From assembly GCA_013239625.1 (NCBI GenBank), contig MU054117.1, positions 620,001 to 684,000 of the forward strand: a stretch of 64,000 nucleotides of DNA, read 5' to 3'. The notes beneath the pieces were generated by a model. It was not told the DNA's origin. It did no database searches and worked only from the letters and a program-made list of their open reading frames with translations. This DNA comes from Lama guanicoe. Taxonomy: Eukaryota. Shown here piece by piece: positions 54,776 through 64,000 of this stretch. The translations under genes were made by a program, and so were the position numbers. Position 1 is the first letter of the stretch; every line of letters begins with the position of its first letter.

Positions 54776-55819
54776 ACACGATCAGCAGAAACTTGAAATT
54801 GGTTGGATCCCGGCCATATTCAGCTTTCCCTCGCGACGTGAAAACGTCACTGTGAGGTCTGTTCCTTCAGGATCGAGAAAGACCATCCCGCTGCCTTTGG
54901 TCGATGCTTCTGGTGTGTCCTGGAAACTCTGCAGTAGTTTCCGCCCAGAAGGGCTTTCTGCCTGGCACACGGACACCCTCCGGGTCTTCCCTCCGTCCCG
55001 CCCCTCTGAGCCCCAGGAAGCCCCCTCCCCTCCCCCGCAGAGGGAACTGGGCGGGCGAGAGGCTCAGGCTTGGGCGTGAGTGCAGAAGCTTCCAACCGCC
55101 CGACACGAGGTTATGACCAGCGCAGCCCAGCCTGCACCGAGGGGGTCGGCAAGACCAGCAGGGCCTTGGCGGTGGGGGGTGACTTCGAGCTCGAAGCCGG
55201 CGACAACACCTGCAACTCTAGGGAAAGCGAAGGCAGACCAGGGCTCACACAGGGTGCGGGTTCCTACTCGGGAAGCAAGCCTGAGGGGGGCCGACAGGCT
55301 GCTGACATGAAACCCTCTCCAGGAGGCCCGCCGGCTGAGTCACGGGTCAGACGGCGGCCGGACGCTGAGTCGGGCGGGAGGAGCTCTTTCTACGTGAGAG
55401 GCCTGAGAGCATCCCACGGAGCGGGCCCGAGGGGACGGCGGTGCTGACGGCCTGCGTGTGCTCAGAGCACCTCCTGGTGAGGGCAGGACAGAGTCGGGGT
55501 TTACCACGACCGCAAGTGAGCAGGATGCCGCAGCGCACGTTCCGCAAGTAAGTTCTGCGACCGAATGGTGCTTTTCCAACACGGGCTGTGGTCACACCTT
55601 CACGTCTAAGCGACCCAGATCCCGAAGCCTCAAAGGCGCTGCTCAGACACGGTTTACTCAGTCTTCCGCTATTATTACCAGGAAACCAGGAGAGTTCTGC
55701 CCCTGCTGGCAGCGGGCGGGGCGCACGGAGGCGGCGCGCCTGGAGCCAGCGTGCGGCTTGAGAGCGGGTCTCCCCCCTCCACCCCGTCCCCTCTCCAGGC
55801 GGGGCAGTGGGGCTGCTAC

Positions 55820-55889
55820 CTGTCGCTTCCGGGCGGGGGTAGGAAGACTTGTCCTCACTTTCGTTGGGCTGGAGGTCATCCATGTTGAT
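55820..55889 (-). CDS. CACNA1C: CACNA1C exon 18 (70 nt): II-III loop
   Basis: [23 protein letters not shown](G); TAG| acceptor, |GTAGCA donor. Confidence 0.96.
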
Positions 55890-56178
55890 CTAGGCGGTCA
55901 AGGGAGAGAAGCAGCGCCCAGTTAGGCAGGGCCCACGGTTTTAGGGCCTCAGAGGGGCCTCGCAGCCCTCGCAGCCCCGCTCCCGTCCCAGCCGGGCTGC
56001 CGACGCAGAAGCACGCCTGCGTTGCTCTGCACTCGGCCCTCTGGAGCCCACGGGAAGCTGGCCGCCTCCTCCTCCCCGCGCCCCCGGCTTTGCCGTCCGC
56101 CCTCCCCGCCGCACCCACCGAGCTCCCCCCCAATCTCCACGGGCGCGGCAGCGGCCCAGCCCCTGGAGGCGCCCTCAC

Positions 56179-56299
56179 CTTGGTGGCCGGCGGGGACTCT
56201 CCGGCGGCTGTGACGGATTTCAGCTCAATTTTTTCCTCCTTGGTCTCCTCCACCGCCGGCTTCTCCACCATCTCTTGTTTCTTCTCTGGGCTGGCAGTC
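56179..56299 (-). CDS. CACNA1C: CACNA1C exon 17 (121 nt): II-III loop
   Basis: [40 protein letters not shown]; |GTGAGG donor. Confidence 0.97.
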
Positions 56300-56909
56300 C
56301 TGGCCCGTCAGCGGGAGAAAGCAGAAAGGGGTGTTGGCTGGAGGGCCGGGGACCCGCCCTGGGGTCTGCTGGGGGCCGGCTGCCTGGGCCTGTGTCCACC
56401 TGACTTGCAGGGCCCGTGCAGCTCTGTCACAAACGCCACTGGGCCTCGCCTGGCTCTGGCCTCGCCAGAAGGTTCCTGGAGAACTCTGCTCAGTGCCCAG
56501 CAGGTGCGTGGCCCAGGACAGTGATGGAGACAGTGTGGGGCCCTGGCTTGTCTTCTCCACCCCGGGGACGAGGAACAGAGTAGTGAGGAGGACCCACTCT
56601 TTCCGCTGGAACTGTGTTTCTCCTCTGAGTGGCCGCTTCCCCCTCCATCCTTTACTCCCCCCACAGGTCATGGCCTGTCTTCTCAGAACAGAGTCCCCAA
56701 CTTCCCGGACAGGTGGGGAAACACAGCACCTTCCCAGAGACTGTGATTCACAACGGCCCCCGCTTAGAGCAACGCCTGGGGACAGGGAGAGGCCCCGCTT
56801 GCTCCAGGGAGCCCCCGTGCAGCCCCCTTCCAGGAGCGACGGCCTCTCCTCAGCACCCACGGGAGCGGCATTCCAGACCCAGGCCGGGGCCGGGGAGGCT
56901 CGGGGGTTA

Positions 56910-58766
<1,857 letters not shown>

Positions 58767-59144
58767 TTAAGGTTTTGGCAACATCCACATAGTATTCCTT
58801 TTGCTCTGTAAATCAATCTGCTTTTACAGTTGAGTGCTACTTTAGCTTGGCCTGAAGCCACAATGCCTACACAGTCACAGGTCTGTGGCGGCTGTGTTTC
58901 CTAGGGGCCAGCGTGAGGTGGGGGGAGACCCCGCCACCCTCCCCTCCCCAGCAAGAGCAGGCCGCTGTCTTCTGCTTGTGTTCTGAGCTTCCATGTAAAA
59001 TGTATTTGAATACAGGGTTCCACAGCCAAGAAAGGGTTCCTAAACCGCTTAATTGGGTCTTTTTCTCGGTGGCCCACCTGACAGCAGAATTCCGCGGGGG
59101 TTTGGGGAAGGCGGGCCGCAGACCCTCCTGGGCTTGGAGCCTCA

Positions 59145-59798
<654 letters not shown>

Positions 59799-59829
59799 TT
59801 AAAGAGCCCCCTGAGCGACGAAATGAAAA

Positions 59830-60485
59830 AGCAAGTGGCACCGCGTCAGCTGAAGAGAGGAAACCGTCAGCACAGTGAAAAGACAGCCTACAAGGTGTGC
59901 AAACCACGCAGCTGCTAGGGGCTAATGTCCTGTAAGCCAACAGCAAAACAAACGGAAGGCGGCCAAGTAGCCCGTTAAAACAGGCCCAAGACCCGAACGG
60001 ATTCTCCTGCAAACGAAACATACCAATGGCAGCGGGTACGTGGAAAGTGCTCAACGTCCTTGCTCAGCAGGGACCGCAAGTCAAAACCACGGCGAGCCTT
60101 CCCCTCACACCCGTCCCGACGGCCATCCCAGGAAAGGCAAACGGTAGCAGGTGTGGGCGAGGACGTGGGGAGGAGCGAGCCCGCGCACGGCTGCTGGGGG
60201 CGCAACGGGGGCAGCCGCCGAGGAGACCGGGATGGAGGTTCCCCGGAAACCGCACATCCAGCCGCCACGGGACCCAGCAACTCCACTTCGGAGAAGACGC
60301 CCAGAGGACGTGCCCGCCGTGGCTTTATTCATAACCGCCGAGACGTGGAGGCAACCTGACCGTCCGTGGACGGATGAGTGGATAAAGAAAACGTGGCGCA
60401 CACATCTGCGATGGGACGGCATCTGGCCGTAGTCACGAACTTTAACACACTGAGAAAAACGAAATCCACTGACACTGAAAAAGGG
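59830..60485 (+). mobile_element. L1M ORF2 end / 3'UTR, strongly GC-shifted
   Basis: gcaagtcaaaaccac...ctcacacccgt, gacccagcaactccactt, ggatgagtggataaagaaaacgtgg. Confidence 0.85.
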
Positions 60486-61479
60486 GGGGTGTGCTTCATG
60501 GAGGGTGCCAGACGGGCAACAGGAGTGAGTGAACCAGGGAGCGAATGAATGAGTGCTGGACCTAGGCAAGCGCCACGTTGCAGCAGTAAGTAATTCAGGT
60601 CCAGACCACCCCAGGTGAAAGGTGCTGGGGAGCAGGTGCCCACAGAACCCCGGTACCTCTGCACGGACTCCTCAGTTATCACAGAGGGAAGGGAGCCCTG
60701 ACCGTGGGGGACTCTGGCAGACGCCCCTTGGCCACGTTCCTACACTTGGGGTCACTAATAACAGGACACACGATGCCGCGAACTTCCTGGTGTCATACGG
60801 CAGGAGCAGCTGACCTCTCTGTGTCTGTCTCCTCAGCCCCGCAGGACGAGGCCCTGGGAAGTGGAGTCACCCCCTCCAACGGCCCCGTCCAAGGTCCCGC
60901 AGACCCTGGGGGCCGGCCCCCTCGATGACTCTCAGCCGCGTGGCTCCAGCCGGCCTCCTCACTGTCCCCCTGCGTCCCCGCTGCTGGCCGGCCCAGCTCT
61001 GCTGTCTGCTGGGCTCCTCTCTTCGTCCCCTCAGGCCTCACTTAAGGTCCCCTCGCCACAGTGTCCTGGCCGCCACGCTGTCCCCAGCCGGCTTTTTATG
61101 TGCTCATCACGCCGGGACGGGGGTCCAGGGAGCGCCGCTGGTCTGCTCCGATCACCCCCTCCCAAAGGAGGTGACTGGGAGTGTCTCGTTGGATGAAGGA
61201 ACGAGAGTTACTTAAGCGCGACGCTCTGGTGCTTACTGGGGCGAGGAGGCAAGGGGAGGGGGACGGGGTGACACAGACTCCAGTGTGTGTGCGGAGCAGG
61301 GCAGGGGCTCGCACACTGGCCTGAGTCCAACCCGCCTGCCCAAAGGTGAGGAATGGGTCTTGTTTGCCCCCCACCCGCCGATGTCATTTCTAACCCTGTG
61401 GCTTCCCTGGGTCTGGGGGGCAGGGTCTGAGGTTCCCGACCCTCCATCGCCAGACTACGTGCAAACCGTTACGTCCCAG

Positions 61480-62040
61480 GATTACACACTGGTGGCTCCC
61501 GCAGTGTGGGCGGTCGGGGCTGGGGGTGGGCAAACTGGGTGAGGGGGTCAAAGGTTCAAGCCCATAGCTATGAAATGCGAAGCCCAGCACGGTGACCACG
61601 GCTGACACGACTGCAACGCGCAAGGGAGCTGTTAGGAGAACCGATCTTGCAAAGCTCTCCTCACTAGAAAAGCACCGTAACTGTGTGACGTGACGGATGC
61701 TAACTGCTTACTGCGGCGACCATTCCACAACAAACACGAACATGGGATCAGCGTGCTGCTCCCCTGAAACTAACATAACGTCACACGTCAGTGGCAGTTG
61801 GCCCTCGAACAACGTGGGGGTTAGGGCGCCCACACCCCGCCTCCGGTGTTTGAAAACCCGAGTGTAACTCGACAGTCGGCCCCTCTAATCTGAGGTTGTG
61901 TGCCTGCAAATCCAGCTGGCCGCGGACCGTGTAGTCTGCAGTGTGGAAGGGTCTGCAGGGAAGTGGGGCCGCGCAGTTCAAACCCGAGTCGTTCAGGGAC
62001 CATGTACGCCTCAGGTTTAAAAAAGGGAAAAGGGAAAAGC
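61480..62040 (+). mobile_element. L1MA9-like 3' end interrupted by a Tigger MITE
   Basis: gggtgagggggtcaaaggttcaa, gtaactgtgtgacgtgacggatgctaact, cctgaaactaacataacgt, A-rich tail at about 62018-62039. Confidence 0.75.
61795..62004. mobile_element. Tigger2a-like MITE (TcMar-Tigger)
   Basis: cagttggccctcgaacaacg...gggttaggg...gcgcagttcaaacccgagtcgttcagggacca; imperfect terminal inverted repeats, TA on the right flank. Confidence 0.8.
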
Positions 62041-64000
62041 ATCTACGACGCGTCAGTTTACCCCACAGAACAGGGCTGCCGTGCCTGTGAGACGCCCGGG
62101 GAGGGCTTCCCGAAGAGCCGTGTGTGCGTGCGTCCGCCCTGGGCTCAGAGCCAGGAGTGAGGGCGGGCGCCAGCCAGCAGCCTGACCCCAGCCCGCCGGC
62201 CACGGACGTGCCCGGGCCGAGGAGGTGCTGCCCCTGGACCAGCTGCGCTTCGGACAAACGGAAGCCGCAGTCGTGGCGCTGTGTGCGCTCAGCTCAGCCT
62301 CCTGCTGCTGCTCGTCCAGCAGGACGACGTGGAGGTCCCCGCTGCTGGCCTGCCACCCGCGCTTTGTCCCTGCGGAGCTGGGCTAACAGAGCAGAGCTGG
62401 TGCCAGTGGCCTGGCGTCAGGAGGGACCCAGCTCGCTGCACGGCCCATCCCTCACGTGCACCTGGGTGGGGGCCGTATGTTCTCCCTGAAGGGCCGGGTG
62501 GGGATGGTGCTGGGATGCCAGGGCAAAGACACGGAGGGGCCCAGAGGAGGTGGCCCGGGTCCGGGGGGGTTGGAGGTGCCTGGGGCAGCCTCCGGCAGGG
62601 TGACGGGAGGGACCGTTCAAACAAAGCGGCCGGTGTCCCTGCGCACCCTCAGACTCTCCTCCCTGACGCCAGTCAGTCCTGACGGCTTGGCCTCGTGTCG
62701 GACGAAGCCCCGTGTCCCAGAATCTCTCTCCTTTCAGAAAGCTCAGCCGGGGGTGAGCTGCAGGGGTTAACGGCAGAGTCGCCGCCAGCAGAGGCTTTTG
62801 TCCTAAATGACTCTAACTGAAACACACACTCACTCACCAAGAAAGCAAGCGCTTTGAGGAGAAGCGCGCACCAGCAGATCAAAGGAGTTAGCGTCTCCGA
62901 CCTCCTAGAGAAACCAGGAGCACGGAGCCCCCTCCTCGCAGTGACGCCCGTGTGCGTCCCCGGACACAGAGGAGTCCTCCAGCGTCGCGGGTCTCAGCCC
63001 CCAAGCACAGCCGGCTCTGAGATGGCCCTCCCTCCCCCAAGTCATGCGGGGTCAAGTCCTCGGTCAGTTCTCCACGTCTCCGGCCCCCTCTCGCCCAAGT
63101 GTTCCCCACCCCGCCACCCCTCCACCTGCGGCAGGTGCGCACGGGGGCTTTCCCTGCCAGGTTCTTTGTTCCCTAAACTCTCCGGCTTCACCTTGGCCCC
63201 CTCCCCTCTGCCACGGGGTCCAGGTACCAACGCTGCTCAGGGACCTTTATCTGCATCCTGCTCCCTGCTCTGTCCGCCTCGGGCTCTCTGCCTTCTCCTG
63301 AGGGTGGAAAAGGCCCCGGCCTTGCGTGAACCGGAACATTCATCTTGTGAACTTTTGCTTCAAAGAGCTCAGGGCCGCCCTCTGTGCTCTGGGTACAGAG
63401 CAGAGCCCCGAGCCTGCTATAAATAAAAGATCTTCAAAGTGCCGGCGCCCACAGCTCTGGGGCGCTTTGCAAATGCTCCGTCCCACCGCCTCTCAGCTCC
63501 AGAGAGGTCATCACTAAATTTATATCTGTCACAACGGTGCTGCCTGAGGAGCAGGAAGGAGCCCGCCCAGCCTGGGGGAGCTGATCTGTTACAGTGCTGG
63601 ACCACCTCACAGCAGACGTCGTGCGGGGAGTCTGTGGCGGGGCCGAGGGCGGAAGTGGTGGGGGCCGAGGGTCAGGTGAGGTGGCCTGGGGAAGCAGGCA
63701 GTTCACTCGTGGGGGAGGCCAGCCTCTCTGGGGTGGGAGCCTGAGGACCAGGCCAGTCCGGTCCTGTCGGATTCAGCAGAGCCTGGAGGGACGCCGGGAG
63801 GCCGCACTGGCCGTTAGCTGGGCTGCGGACTCTAGAGTCAGGGTCCGGGGGCCTGCCAGCTTAGTCCCGGCTCCATTCTAGGCCCGGGCCCCACACTTCA
63901 CGTTTCCTACTCTAGAGTCAAACCCCGCCCAGATAACAAATCCAAGGGCCGGTCTTCCCAGTCTGCTCGGAGGCCCCGGTCACGCGGGAGACAGAACCCG

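Overview
Mammalian genomic DNA, very GC/CpG-rich. Three tRNA-derived SINEs of the camelid Vic-1 type and camelid-like L1 3' ends suggest a camel, alpaca or vicuna. The whole window lies inside CACNA1C (L-type Ca2+ channel Cav1.2 alpha-1C) on the minus strand. It holds exons 14-40 in conventional numbering, from the end of IIS4 through domains III and IV to the EF-hand/proximal C-terminus. These include the mutually exclusive pairs 21/22 and 31/32, cassette exon 33, and a U12-type GT-AG intron 15. All fully sequenced exons have canonical boundaries and join in frame; most of exons 28 and 29 falls in N gaps. Introns carry L1, MaLR LTR, MIR, hAT/Tigger MITE and SINE relics plus short tandem repeats. 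I found no evidence of a novel stand-alone gene or system, and the many GC-rich ORFs are spurious. The best leads are: (1) a Tyr->His change in the domain II pore loop that also creates an RBFOX motif; (2) signs of GC-biased gene conversion reaching into the protein while the alternative exons resist it; (3) candidate cryptic or poison splice sites around the IVS3-S4 linker (intron 32), in exon 15 and after exon 36; (4) an L1-SINE chimera inserted as one unit. Comparisons with human sequences and repeat consensuses are from memory and need checking by alignment.
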